Shown here piece by piece: positions 44,148-57,100 of a stretch of DNA of 64,000 nucleotides. The stretch is taken from the NCBI RefSeq assembly GCF_009914755.1, contig NC_060925.1. One strand, given 5' to 3'. Made by a program: the position numbers and the translations under genes. Under the pieces are notes generated by a model. That model searched no databases. It saw only the letters and a program-made list of their open reading frames with translations, and was not told the DNA's origin. The stretch comes from the human T2T-CHM13v2.0 reference genome, Homo sapiens. Every line of letters begins with the position of its first letter. Within the stretch, counting starts at the first letter, position 1.

Positions 44148-44674
44148 AAACCTTTCTCGCCAGATCATAGTCTGCTTGCCTTCCTCTCTGTCATTTATTC
44201 CTTTGTGGGTTAGTTTATTTGTTGAACAAACATTTATTACGTACCCACCCTGGACAGGCTCCATGCCAGCTATAGATGAATAAAGATAAAATCAGCCCCT
44301 GCTGTCCTGAGTTTGGCAGAGGGAGGGGACCGGCCCTATAACTCCACATCTCCCCATGTATCTTTCAAACCAGGAAATGGCCTGGTGCTGAAAGTCACTC
44401 CTTGTCAAGTATTCAGTCTTTTGGTTGAAGGTAATGTTTTTGGTTGAGATGCAAGCCCTCTTGCCAGGAGGGGCACACAGATCCACCAAGATGCAGCATA
44501 ACAAGGGCTTTGGTTCCAAGGAGCTCTAGAGTCATACTTCTCAAGTTCAAGTTCAAATGCCACCCAGCTTCCTGCTTCCTGGGAGGCCTTGAGCGAGTCA
44601 TTTAATCGCTCTGAGCTTAAATGTCCTAGTCTGTAAAACAGACATAATAAATAGATTCAATGAGATAACACATG

Positions 44675-45175
44675 TTGGTCCAGTTATCTATTGCTGTGTT
44701 CCAAGTTACTCCAAGTCTGAGCGGCTTAAAACAACCATTCTATCTCGCAGTTTTCTGAGTAAGGAATTCAGGCAGGACTCGTCTGAGCAACTCTTCTGGT
44801 GGCAACCAAGGTCACTCAGTGATATTCAACTAGCAGCGAACTAGTCTGGAGGGTCCAAGGCAGCTGCCCTCACATTCACTCAAATGCCGGGCACTCCAGT
44901 GAGAATGGCTGGAAGACTGAGTTCAGCTGGGCCTGCCGGCCAGAGTGAGCACCTACAACTGCCTCTCCAGCATGGCTACTTGGCCAGACTTCTGACTGAA
45001 GGGCTTAGGGTCCCCAGAGAGACCATTTCAAGAGACAGGAGGTGGAAGCTGCCAGGTTTTTAAGGCCTGGGGCTGGAAAATGGCACAGTACCTCTACCAT
45101 CTTCTGTGGGTCACAGCATCTGCCCAAATAAAGGGGAGGGCACACAGAAGCCCCCCTTGTTGATGGGGAGTGGGG
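44675..45175 (-). mobile_element. MaLR LTR (MLT1G/H-like)
   Basis: cagttatctattgctgtg...gcggcttaaaacaacc...ggaattcaggcagg...ggaagctgccag. Confidence 0.7.
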
Positions 45176-45965
45176 AGAGTCTGGCTGCCCATGTAATGGG
45201 CTGATTCTAGAGTGTTAGGGATCTTTGTCATCAGTCACCTGCACATGCATGGAAGCCTTCTCCTGAGGGGATGTCAGCTTAGAGACACAGAACTGGGACA
45301 CACAGCAGGTCATTTCTGGTGGGGAGGTGAGTGGTTAAGTTTGGGCCCTGGGTGGAGGGAGCAGTCAGAGGAGGATGAGAAGGGCATGCAGGAGGACAGG
45401 TGAGGCCACTGCTTCTGCCTCAGGTTTGCCCCAGGGCAGGTGGCATGAGTGGTTTGAATCATGGGTCTGTCGCCAACCATACCACCTTGGGGAAGCCACT
45501 TTAACCCTGGAATCTCCATTTTCTGATCTGTAAAAGGAGGACGACAATAAAATCTCTTCCTTAGAGATGGTATGAGGGAAAAATGAACTTCATCAGTAAC
45601 ATCTACTGGAATACAGTATCGACTTCTTTCCATATGGGGATACAATAGGTGCTCATTAAATATTTCCTTCCTTCCTTCTTGCGATCCTGGGCAAGGCCAT
45701 GGGGCCTACTTCATTCTGGGGGCCCCATCACCCATGCAATGAGCCATCTCCTAAAGCTATTCACAAAGGACAGTTTCAGCCTAAAATCCAGAGAAGCCAA
45801 GGAAGGAAGGCAGAAAAGGAACTCTCTCCAGGAAAGGGAGTACCAGAGTGTGGGGGTCTCACTGATCCTGTACATTATCATGTTCACCCCAGCAGTCACC
45901 ACCAGACAGCTCCAGTCATAGGGACTTGGGCCAAGGCTAAAGTATTCCACAGACCACAAGGCTAT

Positions 45966-46543
45966 TGTGGGGTTTTGTTTTTGTTTTCTTTGTTGTTGGT
46001 TGGCCCCAAATTCTTTTTAATACTTCTCCCATCAAAAGTGGAGTCTATGCTCCTCCTCTTGAATCTGGGTGAGCAAATGCTTCCTGTGACCAACAGGGTA
46101 TAGTAGAAGTGATGCTATGTGACTTCCAAGGCTAGATTAGGAAAGGCCGTGCCACTTCCACCTGGTGTTCTAGGGATACTCATTCTAGAGGCAGCCAGCT
46201 GCCATGTAAGACAGCCAACCACCCTGAGACTGCCATGCTAGGGAGGCGATATGTTTGCAGATGCTTAGGTTGACAGCTTCAGCTGAGCTTCCAGCCAACA
46301 GCCAGTGTCAACTGCCAGCCACATGAACACAGCATACTGAACGTTTAGCCCAGCTGAGCTTCAGATGTTTGCAGCCCGCTGACATCTGATTGTAGCTGCA
46401 TAAGAGACCCTAAGCAAGAACTGTTCAACTGAGCCCTTCCTTATTTCCTGACCCATAAAATAATAAACAAAATAAAATGGCTGTTGGGTTTATATCACTA
46501 CATACTAGGGGTAATTTGTTTCATAACAATAGTAACCAGAATA
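45966..46543 (+). mobile_element. MaLR LTR (MLT1H-like)
   Basis: tggccccaaattc...gaagtgatgctatgtgacttccaaggctag...cagctgccatgtaag...ggggtaatttgtt...aaccagaata. Confidence 0.8.
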
Positions 46544-48896
46544 TGAACCTTAGTGATTATCTGGTCAAACCTCCTTGTACAACAATGGGGGAAACGGAGG
46601 CCCAAAGAGGAAAAGACCAGACTTCCCACAACCAAGCAAGGGGAAGATCGGGGCCAATGCCTGGGTTTCTTGACTCCCAATCTAGTGCACTCTCTGCCAC
46701 ACAGCAAGAAACTGACAGGGAGGACTCCTCCCCCGCCACCCCCCGCCTCATTAATTCCATGCATCAAGCAAGCATGAATCAGGTATTTTGAGTGCCTGGG
46801 ATTGTGCTGAGCACTGGGAATATACAAAGGACCAGGCAAGAGTCCCTGGCTCGCAGAGGCAGTCACAATCTGACTTGGGCATCTCCCTTCCTGGCACACT
46901 CACTGGTGCCAGGCACGCTGCTGCATTCTTTAATTACATCATCTTAGGTGGGAAGAAACCTTGAGATGGGAGAAGACTATGCCTGTCATTCAACCACAAA
47001 CCCTTACAAAGATTGATCCATGCCAGGCACAGTCCTGGCTGCAGAGCATAAAGACTCAGTGGGGATCTGCTCTCTGTCCCTGGGTCTGAGCTGCCTGGGT
47101 TCTGGGTCCCTCCATTCTGCCCAGGGCTGACCCAAGCAGGGAAGAATCCCTGGACTTCAGGAGCACCCAAGAGGAACCTGAGTTTGGCCTGTCTCTCCAG
47201 ACACCTGCTTCCCCTTTCCCCAGGATATTGCTGGAGGGGACTGGGCCCATCAGGACTAATTAACTCCTCTAATGGAATGAACCAGTTTTTCCTGGAACTT
47301 AGCCCAGGTGGGAGCAATCTCTACTTTTCTAGATGGAGAAATGCTAAGTGTCAAGAGGTCTTGCCAGCCGGACCCTGGGCTAGCGTGCATGTGGCAGGCG
47401 CGGTGGCGGGAGTGTGCTGTCTGGATGCAGGCTGAGTTCCCAGCCCAGGAGCCTTAAACAAGGAGGCCTCTAGGGTCCACTCAGCTGGTGGCCCCCGTAT
47501 CGTTCTCTGTCCTTGGCCCAACACCAGCCCTAGCTCCGTCTCTCAGAGTTCGCTGCTGCTGCTTAGGCCTGACATCCCTAAGCGGGGGGAAGGTGTCCAT
47601 GAGCTAACACTCAGGTCCCCTCCAACCCTATGACTCCAGGTCCATAGTGTATGAGGCCCTGAGCCCTGCCCAGGCCCGAGCTTCTGATCTCTTCTCTTTA
47701 AGAGCTGGGCCTTCAAAGGCCACCTTTGAGCCCCAGATACAACTTCACTGGGATTACCACAGCAACCCAACCCTGCTTTCAGTCCTGAGGCAGAGCCATT
47801 CTACTGATCTTCACAAGACCTGAATTACTAGGGCTAGGTTCTCCCCAGAGCCCCTCCCCCACCAACCCCCCTCCCCCCAAAGAAGGCTCTCACATTTGAT
47901 TTGGAGCCTGCAAGTCTCTGCAGGCTGCTTGGGGTTGGGGGAGGCAGGATGAAGTGAGCTGAGACGCAGACAGGAGGCTGCCAGCCTGCTCTTGCCTTCC
48001 CTTCTCTTGTTCCCCCATGAGCGGGGAGGCCCTATCACCCTCTAATGAGTCTGATAAAGCAATTCAATTTTCCAGGCTGGGAGAGAGTGAGGCATGCTGG
48101 GAAAGGATGCTGGCTCCTTGGCCTGGACCTGAAGGAGGGTCAGTCCCTGGCAGGAGCTAGAATACCAAAAAGGGAAAGTGTGAGCACCAATGGATAGAAC
48201 CTTGCCTTGGCCTGGAGCCCCTCACCACAAACAGGTTTCAAAGAAGGAAGATGGAGAGGAGATTGGATGGCTCCAGTCATCCTAAAGAGGCTGAGCCCAT
48301 ACAAAGCTCCCAGTGGGGAAAGGGGAAGGGTAAACGGCTTTGATTTCAGGCTTTCAGCTTCCTACGGACAGGGTCAGCGTCGGCACTCAGAGGGTGAGGA
48401 CCTTATTATGCGGGTGGAGGGGGGGCCTGGAAAGGGTGCAGGTGCTTGACAGCCTCCATCGGTGCCCCTTTAGAATCTCCCATGGCCCTCTCTTCCTATT
48501 CTTTCACCACACCCTCACCCCTGATGAGGGAAACCCGCTGTGGCTGACACCTTCTGTGAACTGGCTTTCAGACAGGTGCTCTTCCCTGACAGCCTGAAGA
48601 AGCCAGGGCACTAAGGAGAGGACAAAAGAGAAAAGGTGAAAATGAGGGAAAGAAGCTTGGGGAACTAGGAATTTCCAATAGTGGCTGCTTTGTGGTCTTG
48701 CTTAAGCCTGTCAGGTATCAAGGTCTTGGAGGAATGAAGAAGGGAGGGAGTAGGCAGAGTCCCAATGGCAGAGTTAGGCTAGAAGATGTACCTGAGGTCC
48801 TGGAATCAACAGGAAGCCCAGAATCAGCTGCCACCCCATCTGCCCACATCACAGCCCCCAGAGCTCAGGGCGAGGTCTGGAGCCAGGATGTTCTAG

Positions 48897-48915
48897 CACC
48901 ACCAGAGGGCAGCAC
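48897..48915 (+). promoter_or_regulatory. CTCF-like motif upstream of KCNC4
   Basis: CACCACCAGAGGGCAGCAC fits the core CCASYAGRKGGCRS. Confidence 0.65.
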
Positions 48916-50679
48916 CCTCACATCCATGGTAGGCTGTGTCACAGTAGCCTGGGCAGGGGGCTCTCCTATCCTTCCCCGGCTCTGTGTTTTGAGGGAACAC
49001 CAAGACCTCACACAAAGAAATGATGGGGACAAGTCCCATAGTGCTAACTGCAGCATATCGACTCCCTCAGAGAGGTACACGTAACAGGTGAGCCCAGAGT
49101 TCTAGAATAAACCTTCAGCAAGGGTGAGGCATTCTCTGGAGGCCTCAGGACTGAGGCTGAGCTCCCCTCTCCCGAGCTGGTCAGTGCACAGAGCTGGGAG
49201 TCCTGGCCCCATGCACCTTTACCCAGCTGCCTCTCTCAGGCTGGGCCCTCTGTTTTTGTCAGCTCTTCCTAGGTTCCTATGCCTGTGTCCCAACTTTCTG
49301 ATCTTCCTCCCTTCCCTCTTGGCCTCCTTTTTCCCTGGCAGCTTTCTCCCTTTACCCATCTCCCCAGGTGCTCATCACTATCCACAAGCACCGCAGAGTG
49401 GAAGCACCAGTTGGGCAGATTTACTAGGATGAGTGGCTGTTTTATTCACTGATGTATTTCCAGTACCCGGAACTGCTTCTGGCATATCGTAGGTATTCAA
49501 TAAGTGTTCATTGAGTTAATAAGTCAATCAGGGGTGGGATACTATGGGTTTTGTCCCCTTGCCTACTACACTCCCTTTGTTACAATTACTGAGCTCAGTC
49601 ATCCTGATGAACGGAAAGCAGGGGAGAGACCCCAAGGGACTTTGCCAGGACACGGACCAGATAGGACTTGAAAGTTATTCATTACATTAATATTCTGTGG
49701 TTCTTTCTTCCTCACTCCAGTTTCTGGCCTGTCCCGGGTCTTCTCTTCCCAGTCACACTTGGGATATTTCTTTTCACTGCAGCAAACTCAAAGACAGCTA
49801 AACTCTGAAATACAAACATCAGTTTCGAGGAGCAGGGACTGGGCACAAAGGGGGTGCCAGTAAATGTGTGTTTCTGATTAAGTCACCTCCCCTGCGTGTC
49901 AGTACAGATCATCAAAGATCATTGTCATTTTGGTTTTCTGGCCTCATTAATAATGAGACTTTTGCTTGTAAAAATCCCTTGCATTGGCACTGAGCTTTTA
50001 ACCTTTCCTGAGACACACATAGGCCCTTGTCTTGTTTTTCTCAGTTGAGCTAGGTACTGCCTGATCTGGAACTGGGAAGGTGCACAGGTGTCCAGGGCAG
50101 GTGTGTCATTCACCTTTCATTTCTGCCTCAAGATCTCTTTACATCATCCAGACAGGCATGGAGGCTGCCTGAAGCTGTAAAAAAGAAAAAAAAACCCAAT
50201 GGGGATTAATATGAAGATGTAAAATAGGTTCTGGACTTAACAAAAACAAATGAATCTGGAAATTGCTCTTGGGATAGGGCCAGTAAAGTCCTGTTGGTGC
50301 CTACGTTTTGGGTATGGCAGCTTCTCAATCACTTAGCAAACAGGTTCTCAGAGGCAGGCACTGTGGGAGCTATCAAGATGAAAAAGCACAATGCCGCCTG
50401 CAGGAGCTCAGGGTTAGGGAGGGGAGAGGAGACATATACACAGGCAAAGTCAAATTGTAATGGGTAGAATAAGAGTAGAAACAGGAAGGGGTCATGAGGC
50501 AGGACACGGGCATTTCCTATGTGGACCCCAGAGCAATGACGAGCAAAGGCTTTAACTAATGACTTTTCAGGGCCACCCACCCACTCCACATCCATAAAAC
50601 ATTTCGCGATGAACACAGCCAGAGCTACGGTTTCCTTCCATCCGGCACAAGAAGCGCTTCTCTGCCCAAGGCCACCCCG

Positions 50680-53300
50680 TCCTCCATTCCATCGCGGGGA
50701 CTTTGGTGGCTGGGACAGAGGCGGAGAGCATCAAGACCATGGGTGTCTTGGGCTACGTTGGGCCTCCGAGGCGCAGGATGCGGGGCGGGGTGGTCAGAAG
50801 GCCCCAACACGGTCCCTGGGAAAGGAGAGGGCAGCCTGATCCTCGCGACAGCGTCTCTACCCTCTTTCTTCCTTGGCCTTCCGTCAGCCGCAGTGAAACG
50901 GCAACAGTGCGACCAGCTTGGCGGGGAGGGGGCGAGGGACGAAGCAAGAAGAGCCGGGCGGAGGTTAGAGGTCAGGGGTCGAGAGCGCTTCGGTGTCAGC
51001 GGGCTGCGGTGGGAGGAGCTGCGGGCCCGGGGGAGGCGCGGAGCAGGGCTGAGGGGGGCGGGAGGGGTTGCCGGCGGAAGCGCGCAGGGGCGGCGCGCTG
51101 GGCTGGGCACTGGCGGCGAGGAGGTGACGCGCTTGGTTGGGGCTCGGCTCCGGGGAGGAAGACTGCGCTCGGTCGCCAGGGCCTGCAGTGAGTCGGATCG
51201 GCCCCGCGCTGCGCCGCGCCCCGCCCACCCCGCCCCGCGAAGGGCGCGTCTGGGCGAGGCGGGGCCCCGGAGGAAAAGGCGCCACTGGGGCGTGGCGGCC
51301 GCTGCCAGCGCCGGAGGGAGACCATGAGCCCCTAGGGCCCCAGCCCACCGGCGCCGAGGCGCCCCCTCCCCTATGCCACCTCGCGCCCGCCCCCTGCCGC
51401 GCGCGAGCCAAGGCCGGCGCCCCGCCCGGAGATGGGCAGACGCGTAGATGGCGTGGCTCCCAGCGCCGCCAGATCGCAGGAACCAGGCGCCGGGGCGTTG
51501 CGCTGAGGCTCCCTCTCCGCGCGGCCCGGGAAGCCTGCAGGTGTCCTTGGCCGCTCGGCCGCCGCCCCCGGTACACCTTCGCCAGTGCCCAGAGCCCGGC
51601 TCCCCAGAGCGGCCCCGCCCCCCAGGCTCGGCGCCGCGCAGGACGCCCCGTCTGAGGCACCCCCGCCCCAGCGCGGCCCCCGCAGCGCTGCGCCCGGTCC
51701 GGCGCAGCTCCCAGCCGCGGACGCAGGACCCGAGGCTCGCTCCTGCGGGCGCGCTTGTTTTCCAGCTGCCGCCTCGCCCTGCGCAGCCCCCGCCCGCCCG
51801 GCCGCCGCTCTCTGCTCTGCCCCGCCTGCCTTCCTCGCCCGGCGCTGGATTTATGAATGGGGGGAAGAGGCCACATGCCGCCGCCGCCGCCTCGTGTTGA
51901 CCGCAAGCAGCCCGGGCCCACGGAGCTCCGGCTGCCGTGAGAGTGTCGGCCTGGCCCCGGCAGCCGCTCGGAGGACTTGTTGCTGCTGCGCTGCCGCCGC
52001 TGCGGGGAAGCCGGCTATTCCGGGGCTTGGTGCGGTCTTGGAGCCGGAGGGTGGCCCGTGTGAGCGCGAGCGCCCCGGACCTTCGCGGTGCGCGTGGACT
52101 GTGCGCTTCCTCGTCTTTGGTCGGGGTGAAGGCGGGGGCGTGTCCCCGGCCCAGAGCGTTTGTGTGTCCCGTCGTAGCGGGGGACCGCGTGTGTGCTTGC
52201 TTCTACTTCCCCGGGTCCTCCCTCTCTGCGCCTCCCTCTCTCCGGAGCTTCCTGCCCTAACCCCAACCACCTGTGTACCGGAGAAATCCAACTCCTCCCG
52301 CTCCGCGTCCTAGGGGGATAGGCAGGGGCAAGCCCAAGCCGCAGAGGGGGCCGCCACCGCCTCCTGCCTCCTCTTCGTCTCCTCCCCCTCCCCCGTCTGA
52401 CGCTGCCTCCTCGGGAAGGGTGTTTGGAGGGCAGCGGCCGCCCCAAGCCGGAGCCCCGCAGCGCTTCTTATGATCAGCTCGGTGTGTGTCTCCTCCTACC
52501 GCGGGCGCAAGTCGGGGAACAAGCCTCCGTCCAAAACATGTCTGAAGGAGGAGATGGCCAAGGGCGAGGCGTCGGAGAAGATCATCATCAACGTGGGCGG
52601 CACGCGACATGAGACCTACCGCAGCACCCTGCGCACCCTACCGGGAACCCGCCTCGCCTGGCTGGCCGACCCCGACGGCGGGGGCCGGCCCGAGACCGAT
52701 GGCGGCGGTGTGGGTAGCAGCGGCAGCAGCGGCGGCGGGGGCTGCGAGTTCTTCTTCGACAGGCACCCGGGCGTCTTCGCCTACGTGCTCAACTACTACC
52801 GCACCGGCAAGCTGCACTGCCCCGCGGACGTGTGCGGGCCGCTCTTCGAAGAGGAGCTCACCTTCTGGGGCATCGACGAGACCGACGTGGAACCCTGCTG
52901 CTGGATGACCTACCGGCAGCACCGCGACGCCGAGGAGGCGCTCGACATCTTCGAGAGCCCGGACGGAGGCGGCAGCGGCGCGGGGCCCAGCGACGAGGCC
53001 GGCGACGATGAGCGGGAGCTGGCCCTGCAGCGACTGGGCCCCCACGAGGGAGGCGCGGGCCATGGCGCCGGGTCTGGGGGCTGCCGCGGCTGGCAGCCCC
53101 GCATGTGGGCGCTCTTCGAGGATCCCTACTCCTCCCGGGCCGCTAGGGTGAGTGGCAGGAGCCCGTGTCTCCCCATCTTGGGTCTGCAAGGGGTCCGTGG
53201 TGGGTGGTGGGTAGGGGCCGGGAGGAGCAGGGACCGAGCCTGACTTACCTTACCACCGCAGATTGTTCCCGCCTTCCTCTCAACCCCCCTCCGTGGCTCG
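50680..53300. promoter_or_regulatory. CpG island / GC-rich promoter of KCNC4 (boundaries approximate)
   Basis: Abrupt rise in GC and CpG density; many GC boxes (GGGCGG/CCGCCC); spans the 5' region and coding exon 1. Confidence 0.92.
52470..53147 (+). CDS. KCNC4: Kv3.4 voltage-gated K+ channel, coding exon 1 (inactivation ball and T1/BTB domain, 226 codons)
   Basis: [28 protein letters not shown] ball peptide; T1 motifs [40 protein letters not shown]; donor AGG|gtgagt at 53148 (phase 0). Confidence 0.98.
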
Positions 53301-54139
53301 CAGGGGAATTACACACTCCCACCCTCTCCCCTGCACGCTCCATCAGGAGATTGCACACACTTGACTTACTACTTGGACCCAGTCCCAGCTGCCTGCTTTG
53401 CCGCATCCCCTCCAGTGAGTGGGGTGCCCAGCTCAGCTCCTCCACCCCCTTCTTTGGTCTGCACAGGCTGCCCTATCTTCAGCTGCCCTCCACTCCACAC
53501 AGGACTACGGTCCTGGAAGAGCTGGAATTTGGTCTTCTGATGGGGGCAGGCAGGGTTGAGAGGAAGGAAACTAGGGTGGGTTTTGTTAGATGCTTCCATG
53601 CCGTGCCACCTCATTTACATCCTCCCAGCAGCTCAGTGTGCTCACAACTATGCACTTCAGAGAGGAGGATATAGGCTTCAGCATCTTAAGCTCAGAAGAG
53701 GCAAAGCTGAGACCACAATCCGGCCTCCTTTCCAGGTTTAAGAAAGGCATTCTTTCTGCCAGGGAGGATACCATGCCCCTGAGGCTTCCTGCACACCTGG
53801 GATGTCCTGGCCTCAGCTGGGGTGAGAGGAGAATTAAACACGAAGGGCCTAGCGTTCTAGGCTCTGCAGGCTCCCACGGCCAGTGGCCAGCCACAGGCTT
53901 CCTGGTGATGATACCAGATTTTTGTTGCCGCTTCTTTTCTTTCTGCTGCAGCACAAACTGTCTTTCCAGAAAGCCCTGGTTCAGGTTACTGCTTGAAATG
54001 GGTGTATGAGGGAAGGGGGAAGCACAGGTTGATTTAGGCAAGACCTACCGCCTCCTCCCCAAGTAAATCCAGTTTCCCTAACTCCTTTAGGTGAAAGGGG
54101 AGAACGGGGGAGGTGCTTCCCCCATTATGCTTCGACAGC

Positions 54140-54140
<1 letters not shown>

Positions 54141-54167
<27 letters not shown>
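54141..54167. repeat. Poly(A) tract (others at 3973-3996 and 27402-27418)
   Basis: 27 consecutive A. Confidence 0.9.
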
Positions 54168-54172
<5 letters not shown>

Positions 54173-57100
54173 GAAGGATGGCTTTAGATTCTTTAAAGAA
54201 AGAAAACTCTGGGGGCTGGTGTCGGATCTCATGGTCAGCAGCCTAAAGCCTGGCTGGAGTCTGTCTGGGAGACAGGAAAGAGCAATGTAACTTGTTGGGT
54301 CTGGGGACTGCTGCTTGCTGTGGAACCTGGTTGGTTCCTCCAGCATCCCAAATTGTCATGTTAATGAGTCTCAGAGCACCCTCCCTTTCCCAGCACCCCT
54401 GTGCTGGACTCCTTCCTAGTCATAGAAGAAGGCAGGGTAGGGAATTGGGGAACAGGCCTGCAGGGAAAAGCCAGGCTGGCATAAATGCCAGGCCAGGGCA
54501 GATGCATCTTCTGCCTGGAAGAGAAGGGAGGAGCAGAGGTCTCAGGGGCCATGGCATACCGGGCTGGGGCTGCAGGCAGCCACGAGAAGGCAGGGATCTT
54601 TCTCAGGACTGACAACAAAGCTAGAGGCAACTGTCTGGGTTTCTTTCCTTGCAGCCCTGAGACTGGCTAAGAAGGTGAGGGCATAGTGATGCCCCTGGCC
54701 TGGGTCTGCTGTGAGTTCTACAGACTTCTCATGTAGGTCACTAACCTTGCTAGTGTTAGCACTTGGCTGTCTGCATTAGGGGAGAGAGGGCAGGCACACA
54801 TCATTCAGACTCTTTCAAAGTTGGGGGTCGGGGAGGAGAGATAGAGATAGAGATGGGGAAAGGGGACAAACCAGGGAAGCAGGGATGAGATGAGGTGGTT
54901 AGGGGAGCTAGGCCCTATTTCTGAGCATTCTGGGACTTCTAGGGGCTTTTCACCTGCTCTTCTTCCCCTCTGGAATTCCAGGTGGCACCCCACATATCAT
55001 TGAGTTTATTTTCTTCCTAACTCACTGCTGAATGGCCAAGCCAGGGGGCCTCTTTGAGTAAGCTCAGAGCCTGGCCTGCCCCTGGAAGTCTTCCCAGGAA
55101 CCCAGGGTGCTTTGCCCCTTTGACATGGAATCACATCAGCCCAGGCATTCCAGTTGAGGTCTTGAAGTTTATGATGGAGCAAGGTTAATTCTTCCATTTA
55201 AACATTGAGAAAACCAGGATTCAGAGACATTAAGTTTCTTGCCAAAGACATTTAACTAATAGCAGAGGCAGGAAACCACCCCTAGTTTCCAGCCTTCTGG
55301 TTGTTCATCCTGATGTGAATATCTGGATGGAGCTCTGGCCAACACATGCACTAAAAGAGGACTTGCCTCCTGCTCAGGAGCCCAGGCAAAGGCAACCCTC
55401 ACCTGCTCCCGGGACACACAAGTGGGAATACATAATTTTTACAAATTAATGAATAACTGCTCATTATTGAGCACCCCAGACAGATACATTGCTGTATATA
55501 CTTTACATTAATCTCTAATCCTCCCAATAAACTTAAAACCCGGTGATTATCCCCGTTTAATAGATTGAGGCTGTGAGAAGGTAAACAACTTGCCTGAGAT
55601 CACACAGCCAGATAGTGGCCAGGCTTTGAATCAAAGCCAGAGTCCCTGACTCCCAAGCCCTTGCTCTTGTGATTACAACACCTTCTTTCCACTGAACTAG
55701 GCTGTTTTTGAGGCAGAGAGCTTGTTTCTTACTGTAGCCTGAGAAATGTCCTTCTGAGGTTCTGTACCTCCTGTGGATGACATCAGAAAACCCAGGGGCA
55801 GATGGAGACGTCAGAAGGAAGACTTACTGTATTACCCCTCCAGGCCTGAGGGTACTATGCCATGCGGGGAGTTCTGGGGCTGCACTTTCCCCCCTCCATT
55901 TGCCCCTGGCTTGTCACACTGTCCCATCCTTCCCAGCCCTGTTCCCCCCGGTATATGTGCTACCTTCCCTCGCTCACAGCTACCTCCTCCCTGGAAGGGC
56001 CCGCAGCACTGTGGGGTGGTGGGCGAAGAGGGAGAGAGGAGCAGTGCTCTGCCCTGAGGCGTCCTTTCGCACACAGCAACCTGGTCATTTGAGTAGTGCG
56101 TTATGACAGGAGCAAAACGATACAAATGGAAAGTGAACTGAGCTGATTATGAGAGCCTGTTGCCTAGCTACAGGCCTGGCCCAAGGAGCTGTTCCGCTCA
56201 GGCAGGCTCCTGGACTGGGATGCTCACCCCTGCTCCACTGTGCTGGGCCCATGGGCAGCTGCTGCTGTGGTTCCGTTTCTGTGGCCTGAGCTGGGAACAG
56301 GTACGAGGGGCAGGGCAGAGTGAAGGCTCACCGTGGAGACTTCACAGCCTCAGGGGGCCCAGTGGAGGTTTGGCAGCATCCGAAACTTTAGAAACCTGCA
56401 CCTTCTTTTCTGAGAGCAGACAAGAGGCCTGGAGAATGGGGCCAGGATGCCCTTCCCCTACCCTAGTCTCCAAGGTCTCCAGGGCAGGGCTGGCTTTAGC
56501 TCAGCTATCAGCCTTATTAAGGATTACAGTTCCTCTCCTTTGGCTAAATCAGCACATTTTTCCTGTGATGTTTCCCTTTTGAGTAGAGGAGGGGACCCAC
56601 AGGAACTCCCTGCTCCAGGAAGGCAGCTCCAGCAGGGTCTTCCCCTTTGTTAAGTGTCAGTTACTATGTGGGAGGCTTGGCCTGTGCTTTCTGCTACTAC
56701 TCATCTGGCCTAGGTGAGGCAGATATTGTTAACATCTGTGTATCAGTATACAGATAAGGAAACAGGCCTGGTGGGGCTTTCTCAAGGTCGCACCACTTGT
56801 GGTAGAACTAGGATCCAAACCTAGGTCTCATCAATCTAAGTCTGTGCTCCTCCTATGGCCTCTGGCTCCTGCCCAGAGAGGATCTCTGGTTTCCAGAGGG
56901 TGGCCCCTCACTGGAGAGCTTCTTCCTCCACTCTGCTCTTATCTGTTCCTTTACTTCTCACTCCCCAGAATTGGTCAAGGATAACCTCTCTTCTCACTGT
57001 GGGATTTCCATAGGAAAAATGAAGGGAGGCGTGGCTGGGAGAAAAGACTAAGGGAAGCTCCCTGGCCCAGGCAGAGCATGAAACCAAGGCCTTCTAGGAA

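Noticed and set aside
50625-52610. Long ORFs on both strands (e.g. 318 aa at 50965-51921 minus, 242 aa at 51585-52313 plus)
   Set aside because: Low-complexity Arg/Gly/Pro/Ala translations expected from stop-codon scarcity in a CpG island; no recognisable domain
54071-54096. CTAAC...tttag|gtgaaa as a recursive splice site in KCNC4 intron 1
   Set aside because: Branch A only ~10 nt from the AG, short pyrimidine tract and weak regenerated donor
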